Below, piece by piece: positions 26,579 through 39,436 of a stretch of DNA of 64,000 bases. The position numbers were made by a program, and so were the translations under genes. Each line of letters starts with the position of its first letter. Within the stretch, counting starts at the first letter, position 1. The notes under the pieces are model-generated. The model did not search any database, had not been told where the DNA came from, and saw nothing but the letters and a program-made list of their open reading frames with translations. Origin of the DNA: Rhodosorus marinus CCMP1338. Taxonomy: Eukaryota > Plantae > Rhodophyta. Where the stretch lies: assembly GCA_029953675.1 (NCBI GenBank), contig JAMWBK010000007.1, positions 496,001 to 560,000 on the forward strand, in the 5' to 3' direction.

Positions 26579-27213
26579 CTACTACCCCGTGGTACGAAAA
26601 GATACCACCAAAATGAAAAAGAAGGAAATTTTACTGTATATGCTCAAAAATAATCGTTAGCATTACAAACTTGTGTGTGTATATTGAAAATAATTACCGC
26701 GTTTTTCTATTTGGGACAATCCAAGTATCCGATATTAGCAAATATTATAAATAATTCTATTCTGTTAAACGCGCGTGGCATATAATAATTGGTGCTACTC
26801 TCATTGACGCCGCTCATTTGGAAAAAAATACAATTGTACGTTTATCTCATTTGCCGATTGGAGATGGATTCGACGCGTGTTAGGTTTTAGTTGGTAAATC
26901 TCTTTGAGCCACACATTCATGGATTCATGCCATAGAAGACGTTTTTTTGGTTGTGGAGTCAACTTTCTTCCATTTTTTAAAAAACATGTTTCGCCTGGAG
27001 ACGAGAGATGTGAATGAAGACGGGATTCGGGTTTTGATCAGAGGATATGCGGGTGGGTATATAGCAGGGAAGAGGTTGGCGGGGGAGGGGAAGTAGAGAA
27101 AGGGTAAGAGGCGGGCTCTGAGGTGTTCAGAAGGGACGTACTAGTTTTTTCAAGTAGGTTAGTGCTCAGTGAAGTTTTTTTGTTGTTTTATTTTGGGTAT
27201 TGTGGGAGGGGAT

Positions 27214-28014
27214 ATGGCAGCGTTTGTGTCTTCATTTGTTGTTGGTGCGGGGAAGGTGGGCCAGGCAAGCGTGTCTCGAGACGGGAGGAGGGTAGAGTGT
27301 ACTCGTCGGGTAGTCCCCAAGGCTCAGTTCAACTATAACATTTATCAGGATGGGGCGGAGAGGTCGAAACGCTTTGTGACGGACGGCGATAGGGCGGTGC
27401 AGGTTGTGAAGCCCATGGGACTTGTTCTGGAGGAAGGTCAGGATGGTATGTGCTTCGTTGCGTCTATGGATCCGAACGGAAACGCTGCTAGTACTGGTCA
27501 AATTCAAGTGGGCGATATTGTAGTTGCGATCAGTGCAACTTTTGGTGATGAGGTCTGGTCGACGCGTGGAGTTGGGCTCGGAAAGATCATGAAGGGAATT
27601 TCCGTCCGACAGGGAGACATCGTGACCATGGTTCTGGAGAGCCCTATGCAGGTCGCTGACCAGAAGAAACAGGCAGCGAACAGTGCTCTCAATCGGCGCG
27701 CCGAAGCGAGGGAGAGGTTTGGAGAAAGGGAGGTTCTCGATCCCAACACGTGGGGCAGTGTGGGCGGAGGAAGAGCCAGGAGCCCCATGGATGACGCCAG
27801 TTTCGTCCCAGCCCCACCACCAATGACTGAAGGTTACCAAGAGCTCACTAACAACAAGCAAACGTACACCCCAAAGGTGTCGGAGTCTGAACTGCAGAGA
27901 CAGATTCAAGAAGAGGCCGCTCAAGGGGGTGGTCAACAGGACAACACCATTTTGTACGGTTCAATAGGTTTTGGAGTTGGGTTGATTGTGTTGATATGGC
28001 TGCTCAGCCAGTAA
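27214..28014 (+). CDS. Plastid-targeted PDZ-domain protein with a MET1-like PDZ and a C-terminal transmembrane anchor, intronless
   Basis: The transit peptide begins MAAFVSSFV. The PDZ reads KPMGLVLEEGQDG...GNAASTGQIQVGDIVVAISATFGDEVW, resembling thylakoid MET1. The hydrophobic C-terminus is ILYGSIGFGVGLIVLIWLLSQ*. Confidence 0.8.
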   Translation: MAAFVSSFVVGAGKVGQASVSRDGRRVECTRRVVPKAQFNYNIYQDGAERSKRFVTDGDRAVQVVKPMGLVLEEGQDGMCFVASMDPNGNAASTGQIQVGDIVVAISATFGDEVWSTRGVGLGKIMKGISVRQGDIVTMVLESPMQVADQKKQAANSALNRRAEARERFGEREVLDPNTWGSVGGGRARSPMDDASFVPAPPPMTEGYQELTNNKQTYTPKVSESELQRQIQEEAAQGGGQQDNTILYGSIGFGVGLIVLIWLLSQ

Positions 28015-28881
28015 ATTTCTGAAGGATAAATTCTAAATCATGTCAACCTTCTCGTATACGATATTTTCAGCGAGCGAACGTCAACGGCGAACGTGCAGTT
28101 TCGCTTGTATGTCCATGTCGGAAGCTCTGGCAGGAAATAGCTGCTTATGTTCAGGCCGTAATCTGCCGTTGTTCTCAGCGCGTGACTAGTCCACTTCAAG
28201 AGCTCGGAAACACTTAGGAATCTATCAATTAGAGTACGCAGGGATGTGCTGTGGGCGCACCATTCCTAGGTTTTATGTGTGCGATTCTTAGGCTTCTCGT
28301 CATAGCATCGCTGTGCTGCGAAAGTCCGTCATGCAACCCCGCAAGGGAGAAACCCTTCCTGCAGTTTGCACCGAGGAATTTGACTATCTCAAGCCTAGCA
28401 CGTACCCGTCAACTCCGAAGGGGCCATGAGGATTCTACGATTGTGCGCAGCAGTACGTGATTCCCTTCCGGTTCCTGGTTGTTTAGTAAAACCTTGCCCT
28501 GTAGTACAAGGTGAGAGCTTCTCTTCCCCCCATTCGATGCCGGTCTGGCCGGCTACACACATGATCAAACAATAGTATTCGAATTGAAAGTGTATACGGT
28601 TTACTGAAATCATGAGAAATAGTTATAAAAATAGCACCCCGACAGTGGCAAAGGACATTGTGCACGGGGCTCCACCTCCGGCGAAGTGCCAGAAGTTCTC
28701 GGTTTTGTACCATACATGGCTTATCAAAATCGCATTATTCTTGCCGAAGGTTTAGAAAAAATAATAGAGCCCCTCAAGTCGGAAGCGCCCGACGAGTGAC
28801 TGATTCGCAGAAAAACTTCCAGTGCCCTCAAACATTCAGAGTTTATGTACCATCCGCGAATCATAGCTCAACGCTAGTTCT

Positions 28882-29998
28882 TCAGCCTCCCCAGTGTCTT
28901 CTTCTCTGTTCCATGTCCATCCTCGCTTGCAATTCCGACTGTTCCTCTGCGAGACCCACCGTCTTGGTCCATTCTTGGAACCAGATGGTCCTGGCCTCCA
29001 GAAGCTTCCTCTTGATCCTGTCGAACTCCTGACGATCGTAGTTCTTGGTGGTTTCAAACAGGTGCGCCTCCGCAATTAACAGGTAATCGTCTGCGGATGA
29101 AACTATCTTCTCCTTCTCTTCCTCATTGAGCTTGCGGACTAACTTCGCTGGTGAACCAGCCCACAGTTCTCCACTTTTGACAATCGTATTGGGCAGCAAC
29201 ATAGCGCCTGTTCAAAATTGAAGAAGACGAACGAGCACCCACAAGTTTTAGAACAGCTCTGCTAGTAATGCAGAGCTATATATGAGGACAAACGAACATG
29301 CCGAACGTACCCGGCGCAACGTAGGAGTTAGTCTGTACAACGCAACCATCCAAGACGGTTGCACCCATTCCAATTATCGCCTTATCTTCAATAATCGCGG
29401 CGTGGATTGTTGCTCGATGTCCGATCGACACCATGTCCCCGATCTCCGTTCCCATGGGTTTTGGGTCCTTGGCGACATGCACTATAGCTCGATCTTGTAT
29501 GTTTGTCTTGGAACCAATCTTCACCTTGTTCACATCCCCCCGAATGATCGCGCCGTACCACACAGAGGATAGATCTCCCAACTTTACATCACCGATCAGC
29601 GATGCGTTTGGAGCCACGAAAACGGAATCCCCAATTTCTGGAGTTTTCCCGTTCACTCTCATAAACTGCTGATGGCGGCTCACTAAACAAGTCGCGAGAC
29701 AACGAAGCACACAGAAACAGCTCAAACGCGTCAGTCACCCTGCTACGCCTTATCCAACGTATTTAAAGAAAAACACAAAGAACGCGGATTCTACGCAGAA
29801 CGGCGTTCTAATCTACAAACACGACCCAGAAAGGGCAAAAGGAAGCATAAAAATTGCCCTACCAGTCTCAACAGCTGCAAAAGGCTCCTGCAATCTCACG
29901 CCGAAACTGTCGATAGACCTCCCCACTGTCCTCATGCTTGTCCCAATGCCCTTGAACAGGGTTCGCGCCGCCTTCAACATTGGCGACAATTCCGCCAT
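28882..29998 (-). CDS. gammaCA: Mitochondrial gamma-carbonic anhydrase (complex I CA domain subunit), 3 exons
   Basis: The N-terminus reads RTVGRSIDSFGVRLQ...SRHQ. The hexapeptide repeats run FVAPNASLIGDV...SVWYGAIIRGDVN...TNIQD, with all three His ligands (IVHVA, IGHRATIH) and ELWAGSPAKLVRKL. Confidence 0.93.
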
Positions 29999-31329
29999 CT
30001 CGATGGTGAAAAAATTTTCCTACCAATCCAATCCCAGCAAAGTTTCAGTCAACTGAAACAATAGTAAAGCCTATTTTTTCCTACCCTACACCCCTCACCA
30101 CCTCCTCCCCCCCTTCCCAACACCTTCCCCAACCTCCCACTGTAGATAAACGTTGCAACCCTCGCCCATCCCACCGAGGAAAAGTCTCCCATCCAAACCT
30201 GAAAAGAGACCCTCCTTTTTGGAGAGTTTTACATCCCTCATTTGAACAAATACTCTCTCCACCCTTTAGAACTTTCTCAATTGACACCCGCATAATCAAA
30301 TAGCAATTACAAATTCCATGTATCTTCAGCAAAAAGCTCGACAAATTAACCCCCTCCCCCCGATCGGATTCGATGTCCATATTAATCACACACTTTTGAT
30401 CTTCAATTCCGGACCCACTAAATTTTTATTGCACTAATGGTCGGTTGCAAAGCATCAACCCCCTTGAGAGGGATTTACGTTTACGATGGTTCGGAATTTT
30501 AACCCCCTCTTAATTCCGCCAATAATTTCATTATTATTTAAATAAAGTAATAATTTATCCAATATCAACTGCTTAAGGAGATTAAAATCACCCCTTTAAA
30601 TTATGGCAATTGTTTGTTGCGTCGATGCTGAGAAGCAGATTTACCCACCGTACAGGATATCAGATAGTTAGAAAATTTGATCTAAAACTAGGATATTAGT
30701 CAGTTTATCCAATCAAATTCGGCAAAAACTGATCAAAATCGGGAACAAGGGCTTATTTTCTAAATATAGTAGAAAATTCCTTGATTTTCTAGATTTGATA
30801 CTAGTCGATCCTACGAGTGAAGATGGGGACGCGCTCCCTTCCGGAGGGCGCTTAACAGCAGCCGAATAGCTAGCCCTGGAGCCTTTATTCAGCACCTACC
30901 CACCCTAGCGCAACACTAGGATAGGCAACGTGCGCAAACATTCTCTCCAAGGGTCTCTTTCCATGCGAAAATCTGACCAAGCGATCGATAGGATGGCCAG
31001 CGGAGGAGGATTACTCTCGATTTCTTTCTGGTCGAATTCTTCTTTCCGCTGCCTAACAACTCTATTCAACCCCATCCATGTAACTGTAAGGATGATCTTC
31101 ATGGCCATGGAGACGGGTAGTCGTCGTTCGGACTCGAAAACCTCCTTCCGCAAACTTGTGCACGCCTTGCTGCTGTAATTATAGCTGAGGAATGAAGGTA
31201 CATGATTCTAGTTCCATGTCTGGGAGGGGACCGCCTGCTGGCATTGCGCTAAAGGTAGATCGTTTCGCTAGCGGACTCCATCCACCTCCCCACCGCCCTC
31301 CCATCCAAACTGACATGAATGTGGTTTAA

Positions 31330-31707
31330 GAGCGACGAGCTCTCACGGCGGTCCATGGTACGACTGCTGGTTGGTACTGGTTCTCGTCTGATCGACCTGA
31401 AACGTTCAGTGATCTCTGTATGGGAAAAGTTCGGAGAAAACGCCGAGCCGCGTTCGGCGAGTTGCTTTCTGAACATTTGGGAGGAGTATCCAAAGCCCAG
31501 AAAGGAAATGAGAAGCGGAGAGAGTCCAACGCTGAGTCTGTTGTCGAGCAGCTGCGAAAATTGGAAGCGGACCGACAAAAGAAACGGAGCTATAGAACGT
31601 TCCTGATGGAGGAGCTTACTCGCGAGCCCGCAGAGAAGCTGAAAGCATCGCAATCCGAGTTGCTCGACATGCAAAAGCCAGTTTCGAAACCTGAGAAGGC
31701 CGGGTGA
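31330..31707 (+). CDS. Probable terminal exon of a gene of unknown function (charged or coiled-coil)
   Basis: The frame GWYWFSSDRPETF...VEQLRKLEADRQKKRSYRTFLMEEL...* is open with coding-like composition. The upstream exons (about 30800-31200) are unresolved. Confidence 0.3.
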   Translation, partial: ERRALTAVHGTTAGWYWFSSDRPETFSDLCMGKVRRKRRAAFGELLSEHLGGVSKAQKGNEKRRESNAESVVEQLRKLEADRQKKRSYRTFLMEELTREPAEKLKASQSELLDMQKPVSKPEKAG

Positions 31708-32169
31708 GATATTTCAACAGGCAGTGGAATGAACCGAAAAGAAAATTTTGACGGGCTGAGGCGTAAGGACAGGCATCTTCCAATGCCCTGGCAACAAGTT
31801 AGGCTGGTTCCTTGCCTTTAATATCAACTAGTTGCAAACCTAAGTCGTCTTACAGAAACTTGTAATACATGGCACGCCTTGTTGAGCATTCCACGCGAGT
31901 GGTGGACCGGTAAAATGGCCCGACTGAACGTTTGTCAAACTCAAAATAAAGAAAGCTAGGACATCCTTTTGAAGCTCCCTTCGACAAGATCCGTCTCGTT
32001 TCTCTCAGAGCCAGCTCAGTCCCCTCTCAACTGAACGCGTGGTAGTCGAAAAAAAAGCCTTAGTTACTGATCGGCAAGACGACAACTGCTCCGTACGCTT
32101 GGAAGATCCTCTTAAGAACACATCGCACCTAATCATCTGCCATTCTCAATCGAAGACAGTTTCTTCCCA

Positions 32170-32466
32170 TCAACCGCTTCTTGTCTTGAGTTCCTTGTAT
32201 TCCCTTCTCGTAGCATCCTGGAGTAGCTCCGTGTCCACGTCCGCGTGGATCAAATGAACGTATCGAACAACGCTCGCACGAACGAAGCAACTTTTCACGG
32301 ACAGTAGGTGAGGGTAGTTCTCTACATCAGCAACCGAAACATTCTCAAGCTTCAAGTTCATGAACTGATCGATCGACTGCAGCGTCCCCTTAATCGTCAA
32401 GCTGTTCTTCAACTCCACCTCGATCTCCTTGTTGATCAGAGTCTTAAAAAAGGAAAAGAACAACAT
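32170..32466 (-). CDS. LSM2: U6 snRNA-associated Sm-like protein LSm2, intronless
   Basis: The protein reads MLFFSFFKTLINKEIEVELKNSLTIKGTLQSIDQFMNLKL...YPHLLSVKSCFVRASVVRYV...VDTELLQDATRRE. Confidence 0.97.
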   Translation of the reverse strand: MLFFSFFKTLINKEIEVELKNSLTIKGTLQSIDQFMNLKLENVSVADVENYPHLLSVKSCFVRASVVRYVHLIHADVDTELLQDATRREYKELKTRSG

Positions 32467-33732
32467 GACGTCCCTCAACCTATTGAAAAAGAACCTCTCA
32501 ATGATCTCAACCTTCCGACATCCAACCCCGTCCCCCACCCTACCACCTCACTAACCCCTTCAGCGGCAAGGATCAAAAGCCCCGGCCGCTGCTCGTGAGA
32601 GGGTTGGCAACAGGCCCCGGGCCATCGACTGAGCCAGGGAAGCTCTTACTTACTAGCGATAAAGCTGCTTTAGGCACAAGATCTCGAACAATCACACAAG
32701 CATCCACAGCACTTGAGTTCACAGTCCCTACTGCGGACGCCCGGTAGGCAGAGTGCGCTACCCAGCACTATGGCAGAAAAAATGGATGGCGGTTGGAAAG
32801 AGAAACGGTACGGAATGCCAGGCTTCTGCGAGTCCCTGGAGGGGGTCTAGGAACATACTCACTAACCTTCGATACATCGTACCACTCTCAACGGTTCTCA
32901 CATCACTTCGAGAGCGCCCTGTCGCATGAAGCGAGACGACGTTCGACGGTTTCCGTATCCGCAAGATGTACCGGAAATATACTTTTACCAGTACTCAAGT
33001 CCGTTTTTGAGAAATGGGGGTCACGACTATTGGCGTAGAAGTCGACGAAAGTCGACAGGATCACGGACTTCACTGTTGCAGCAAAGACAATGCGATACAC
33101 TCATGAACAACTCATGCAGCAGATGGCTGCTATAGCACTCACAATAGGGATCGCAACATTAGCCGATAAGTACTTACAAGGCGCTTATCGAACCTCCGCT
33201 CCTTTACGAGTTTCACTCCAACTGAAGAATTTCAGCCGACTGGTGCACTAACCAAGGCGTTGAAGGGTGAAAGGTTTGAGAGGCATCAAGAAGCTTTTGA
33301 GATTGTGCCAGGTGAAGTCAAGGAGATCATTCGAAGGGGGGGTGTCAGCAGCGTTCGTAGAGGAGTCTAGGTTGAGATTGTGTTGCGATAGTAGAAGGAC
33401 CTTAATGATTGCCGCTTACTGTCCCTGCCAGGAATTGGCTTTCAGTTGTCCCGTTCGCGGGCATGACTAAACACCATTTTGCCGGCCATTGTCTTCTTCC
33501 CGCTTGATGCAGACTGTACAGTCAGTATACACCACCACATCCTTGGAGAGTGGCAAGTCTGATTCAACAGACAGTGAGGGCAGTGCTTCACCGCCGAGTA
33601 TACGACTGACCTGTATCCCAAAACTTGTTGCAACTATTGGATCCATCTTCACGACCCTGTTCCCTTCTGCGATCGCACGTGTGTTTCCGATATCGTTATT
33701 TATATTGTAACTTATGGTATTATTGATGTTCA

Positions 33733-34251
33733 TTGCCAGCCACGCGTTGGAAGAAATTTACCTACTGGACGTCCACGGAAGGAACTGTCAACTCAATTTT
33801 TTGTGCATGTTTGTGCAATTGTTCGAGATCTCATGCCTCAAGCAGTTTTATCGCTGCTAGGCACGAGCTTCCCTGGCTCAGTCTCTATCCCAGAGCTTGT
33901 TACCAACCCCTCCTCAGGGATCTTGTCAAGACTTTTGAGAGAATTGCTGTTGACGTGGGGATGGACGAGATACATTGGAAGGACTTGGGCAAAGGTCATC
34001 GACCGGCCGACATCAGGTTAGTGCGTCAAGTCTGGAACAAGATTGGAAGAGGACAGCTCATCCTGGCTAATCTAGAAGCAAGAACGGGAAGCTTTTCGGC
34101 TTCGGATGGAAGAACTGTTGTGAAAGCCCAGGTACGGAGATAAATAGAGAGGGGGAGCTTGAGGGCTTGCCAAGGGCTTCGTTGGATTCCGATTCAGATC
34201 TTTCAGGTTGGGAGGCTTTATGGTCCCGTCTTGACTGGTACGGTGTTTTGA
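33733..34251 (+). CDS. Possible gene of unknown function
   Basis: The coding-like segment RIAVDVGMDEIHWKDLGKGHRPADIRLVRQVWNKIG...TVVKAQ ends at a CAG|GTACGG donor, with an acceptor near 34210. No family was recognised. Confidence 0.3.
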
Positions 34252-34324
34252 GGGGATTGGAAGATCTCTCTGCTTTTGGAGCAGTTGGTATTCATACAGA
34301 GAGATATCGGCTGTTTGGTGGTGA

Positions 34325-35445
34325 ATGAGATTTCGTGTTTTCCGAAGCAGATTGCTCCATGGCGCTTTTGCGCGAGGAGGATGTCAGAGTTCGGATCGAT
34401 CTGCCAGCCGATTGAGACGTACGTCCTCCACCAAGGCCTCAGACTGCGTTTTTATTGCAAGCGAGAGTGATGCACGCGCGGGAAAGAAAGGAGAAACGCT
34501 GTGTCAGAACGAATCGGATCTAGTTAATCCGGCCTCAGGATCTGGAACGGAGGCTAGTCTGATTCAGCGGGCGTCTCATAACTTGTCAGTGGACCGCATA
34601 ACGGGCGCTTCCGGAGAACATCAAGAAGCTCTCGTGAAGTTCGAACAGTTTGACGATGAAATAAGCCGTCTCAGTCATCGCCCGCTCAACGTGTTTCTGC
34701 GACCCAGAATGGAAGATCGCGTTCAAGCCTACGGTGATCTCATACGCGAGGGAGCCCTGCCGGGAGTCATTCAGGGTGCTGGTGTGATTATGACGATCGC
34801 GGTTCCTATCCATTACATGCTGCAAGATTTCAAAGATGGATGGATGTGCCCAAAACATGACCATGAAAACATAGAGACGGTTTTCTGCGGACCAGTTTAC
34901 GATATGAGGATACACGGGTATGTCCACCAGCGGTTTCGACTCTGATTCCATATTGCTGATGCGCCTTGAGCGCCATTCCGGGTTATGCAAGCAGATCAAG
35001 TTTGGCCTAATGAAAAGTTTCCGTTCCAATTGTGTTCTGCAGAGACTCAACTATGAGCGAAATTCTCTATCGGGAGAGGGCTTACTTATCGCTCATGATC
35101 TACTCACCAACGATGCAGATCCCAACATCGTTCAGGTTCCTGCGTGTTCCAGTTGATACAGAGTTTCCCCAGCGGCTACCATTCTACCACTACAACGAGG
35201 ACAAGTGCGTACCCCTTCAGCAAGGCATGCAGCTGGTACGCCGGCTCCACGGGCTCTCAGTCTTAGTGCCGCCCATGGTGCTCCCCCCGAGGCTGCTGTG
35301 GGTGGACCTAGAACACTACCAAATCGGAGCACAGATCAAGGCCGGGCATGCCATCGCTCCAAAAGGATCCGAGCAAGTTCAGTATCTGGGACATTCACAT
35401 CGAACGTTGTATAGTATAGACCCAGTACGACTAACTCTACAATAG
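34325..35445 (+). CDS. Organellar (probably mitochondrial) ribosomal protein bL25/CTC-like, 2 exons
   Basis: The N-terminus MRFRVFRSRLLHGAFARG is Arg-rich and presequence-like. LIREGALPGVIQG resembles L25 LRxxGxxPxVxYG. After intron 34918-35042 the frame reads RLPFYHYNEDKCVPLQQGMQLVRR...LPPRLLWVDLEHYQIGAQIKAGH, resembling the CTC C-terminal domain. Confidence 0.6.
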
Positions 35446-35569
35446 CCTGTACAGCTTTAAAAAGCGAACGTTTCAGTTTTGTTCTGTTTCCAAACCCGAA
35501 CCTTACTCGGCAGCTGCCGTACCCCAAAAACATCTGCCAAACAGCTGCCTACCGTAGAGCGAACGCAAA

Positions 35570-35745
35570 GAAAAAATCGGGATGGTCCGATGTGGAAAGC
35601 ACTATCCATGACCCTCCGACCGGAAAGCTGCAATAGTTCAAAACTCTGTATGGCTGGGAAAAAATCGGGATGGTCCGATGTGGAAACCACTATCCATGAC
35701 CCTCCCAACGGAAAGCTGGAATAGTTTAAAACTCAGTATGGCTGG
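35570..35745. repeat. Direct tandem duplication of an 88-bp unit
   Basis: GAAAAAATCGGGATGGTCCGATGTGGAAA(G/C)CACTATCCATGACCCTCC...GTATGGCTGG starts at 35570 and again at 35658 with only a few substitutions. Confidence 0.9.
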
Positions 35746-37210
35746 GTCTACACGTAACCACTACAGCCCTAAGCAAAGCGACCTTGTCTGGTCATCTCTC
35801 GATCGACCGAACATCTGATAACCCACAGGGAATGCAAAAAAAGGGGGGGATCGTGGATTGTTCAGCAAGGACCCTCCTTGCCTTCCTTTGCCCACCACGG
35901 AAACTCCAAATCGGAGTTGAAAAAATAACAATTCAATCAATGAGATATTATTTTATGACAACTATCACCCCTATTATCACTCACCACAAGTTCCTACTCA
36001 GTCCCCTCTGATCCGTTACTAAATAATTCCAATCTATTAATTTTTACTTCTATATTTCCAAATAATGAAAACCTTCCAGACCTTTTTACTTACGGGTTGG
36101 TTATTTGACTACCACCCTCCACCCAGGCCTAACCTCAAACCCTACCGAATTTTAAAAAACAAAAGATTTTGAATCTATCTCCTTGGATCTCAAAACAAAA
36201 GTATTCTTTATACCCCTCCTTCCACCTATCAAATAATGTAGGGAAATCCATATAAATTATAAAATTAAGCTCATACCCAGTAGGTTGTCAATGGCATATC
36301 AAGCCCCCTAGAAGTTACACCGGTCTAAAACTCCACATACCGGACTTGCTGTTTAGTGTTGTTTTTGGAATCTCTCCAGATCTAGATAGATAATTGTTTT
36401 TAATTTGAATATATTCAAGTCATTTTTCTTTATTTAAAGATTAGTTAGAGATAAATTTGCTTAAATTTAAGAAACGAGTCCCAAAGAGTATTGGACAGCT
36501 TGTCAGTTTGTGTATCTACGCGGAGAGTTCTAACACTACTCTGTTGGGTAACAATGGGCCCAACCAAAGATGAGATTACTTGGCCACGAAGATTTATTGT
36601 GGAAATGAGCAAATGGGAAAATGGGGGTCATGGAGTTAGGTGGCTTGAAAGGGCTTTGGAGTCTTTGGGGCTTTTGTGGGGAAAGCGATGAAGAGGGACA
36701 GACGAAACCCCTTTTCGGGGATTCTGTTATGGGTTTTGCGTGGGGAAGGTGAGGGGAAGAGTGTATTGAGTTGAGAGAGACTTGGTCTTTGGGAAGGTAG
36801 ATTTTGAGGCGAGAAAAATTGAAGTGTATATGGTCCGGTAGAAAGAGTTTGTTTAGGAGGATTGGGAAGAAGGTAGCTTTCTTTTTTTTTTACTTGAGTG
36901 GGGAAGGAGGAGTTTGTGATATGTGATGGAGAGGAACAGGTTCTGAGGAGGAAGCTGGAAAGTTGGGACGGGAGGTGTTGTTTGAGGAAAAAGAGACGTG
37001 TGGGTTTTTTGGGGGCCAGGTTCTTTCTTTGTTATGAAGGTTTTTAGTAGTTGTGAGTGCGAATGCGGAAGTTTGCGTAAGTCTGCGTCGTGAGTTTGCT
37101 GGAGGGGGTGTGAGTCAGAACTTTTTTTTGTCTTTGGTGAGAAAAGTGCTGCTGTGGAAGAGGACCTGGAGGCTTGTGGAAACTGGGTGAGGGTCGTAGA
37201 TAGTTGGACG

Positions 37211-38033
37211 ATGGAAGCTGGAGAGGAATTGCCTCAATTCTTGGAGCATTTTGTCACAGCAATGACGTCATTAGCGGAGCCGAACCCCTGCCAGGATCAT
37301 ATTCTTGGAATATTTATTTGGTTTGTATCACCGTTCTTCCTGGCCGTGTTGGTAGTAGTAAGTTTGGAATTGTGCTGTTTCGCCACTAGGGGCAGAACTG
37401 CTCCAGGTCTGTGGCGGCCGAGCTTGTTCGGCAAAAAAGAGAAGGAGTGGAGAAGGAGAATCTTAGAGTTCTGCTTCCCCGAATTCGAGATTGAGGCTTC
37501 AAAAGACCAACCCACAGCGTATTGCGTCATTTGTCAAGAAGCCTGTCGTGAGGGAGAAAAATTGAGGCGAATTACCTGTACCCATACTTTTCATTCCATG
37601 TAAGTCTGTGCGCTAATTGTTTTTGTAGGTTTCGTTAGATGAGGCCTCGCCTTCATCCATAGTAGATTTGTCTTTCCTAGTGTACTTCATGAAGCCCTTG
37701 ACAGGTCCAGGGCGGATTCTACCTCGTGTTTTTTGTCTTGAGGATTCCTCGTTAGATCGCACTTGTGTTTGCAGCATCACTAATGATCATTTCTTGCCGA
37801 TCGCTCTTTGACCCCTTCTCTTCATTCTTGTCGGAACGCGGACGAAAAACTTTCTGTGCCTTGTGGAAACTAGATGTATCGTTCTCTGGGTTGCTGAGAC
37901 CTCAAATAGTTGCCCATTGTGTAGATGTCCAGTTTTGAGCTCAAGCTCGTCAAGAACGTACCAGGAGTACTTGGCAATGCAGAAGAAAGGGCTCAGAAAT
38001 CGAGTGCAAAGCGCGACGGCCCAGCCGTCTTAA
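37211..38033 (+). CDS. Transmembrane RING-H2 E3 ubiquitin ligase (ATL/RNF-like), 2 exons
   Basis: The hydrophobic segment ILGIFIWFVSPFFLAVLVVVSL precedes CVICQEACREGEKLRRITCTHTFHS|ICIVLWVAETSNSCPLCR, joined across intron 37600-37873. This gives a C3H2C3 pattern. Confidence 0.88.
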
Positions 38034-39436
38034 AAACTCTTGACCTAGGCTAGCTCCCTTGTTTGAAAGAGTTGTCTGTACAGAGTGGATACGATGATGG
38101 GACTTAGGTAGCCCTCCTAATAAAACCAAAATTTAGCATGTAAATCAGTCGCTCGACAGGTTTCAAGGTTGAAGGTTAAGCAAGGACGAGTCGAGCCAGG
38201 CTGGAAGCCGATGAGAATACGATCACTGTTTCCCGGAGTCGTTGAACTTTTTCTTCCAATCAACGCAATCATGATCAGGATCATTGGATATCTAACCCAA
38301 GCAATCCTTGCGGAATTTGATATACAAGGCGACATCCAGGAATCGACTCCAAGGAAGCTCAGAAATCGAGACCCGTTCGCGAGTTAAGAAAAGTTTCAGA
38401 CTGCAGACCCAGACAGACTCAACTGGCGGCGAGTTTGTACGGCAGGAACGCATAGCGCTGCAGTACAGGTGTACTTCATGGGATCACCATCATCCACAAT
38501 CGAATTCTCCGAATAGATGTCAACCTTGCTCACCAACGAGATTGATCAATCGGGAATATCGAAGAGCTTACTATACTCCGCTCGACGGACGTCCAGGCGG
38601 GCATGGATATACACGCGCTATCCTGGGCCAAGGTTGTATTTCCCCTCCTCGCTGATTTCACGTGCAGCGTCCACAACGCCTTGGTGCCATTCATGTGTAC
38701 AACGAGACACGTTCATCAACATGAACGGGTTTATACACGATCCATCCGGGACCAGAGAGCACATGACATCATCTCATTCACTGAAGAGCGACAGTACGGT
38801 CCGCATGATGTTTCATCTCGAGTACACACTATTAATCATCCAGTTCACAAGCTTGAGAACCACCTGACGACCAATCGGGGAGGCGGGCAGATATAATCGA
38901 TCCATGATCTCATCGAGAGCGCCTGCTTGAACATCAGAGCGATCAGTATTACTCCGGTCCATGGACTCGGCCGCCGGCTCCATCATCAGCGAGGAAGATC
39001 TTCCCCACCAGTGAACAAGTGCAATTCTGTTTCTTGTGGACGACTGGGGTGGTTTCGTACAGGTTAGAACCTTAAAAAACTAGCAGGAAGTTGAAGAAGG
39101 GAAATTTTACAGTTGGTTGGGTCGCTGATGAGGAGCACCTTCGCCGAGGAAGATATGTGCAATTCTGTTGAAGAAGGTGAGCGAGGGTGGTGATCCATTT
39201 TTGGGAGAAACGGTTTCGACTCAAGTTTGTCGAGAAAAAAGCGATGCTGTTTACAAACTAAGAGGACGAATTTTCAGCTTCAGGGGTAGGAAACAAGGTC
39301 TTCAGTCTAGTTTGGAGTTCAGATTTGCTTGAGAAGCTTGGCTGATTGGTATGGAGTCTGGAATTGTGTGAGGTATGACTTTGTGAAAACGCCCGTACTT
39401 ATGGTTGGGGTTGGGTTCGTTCTTGAAAGAAAGGAA

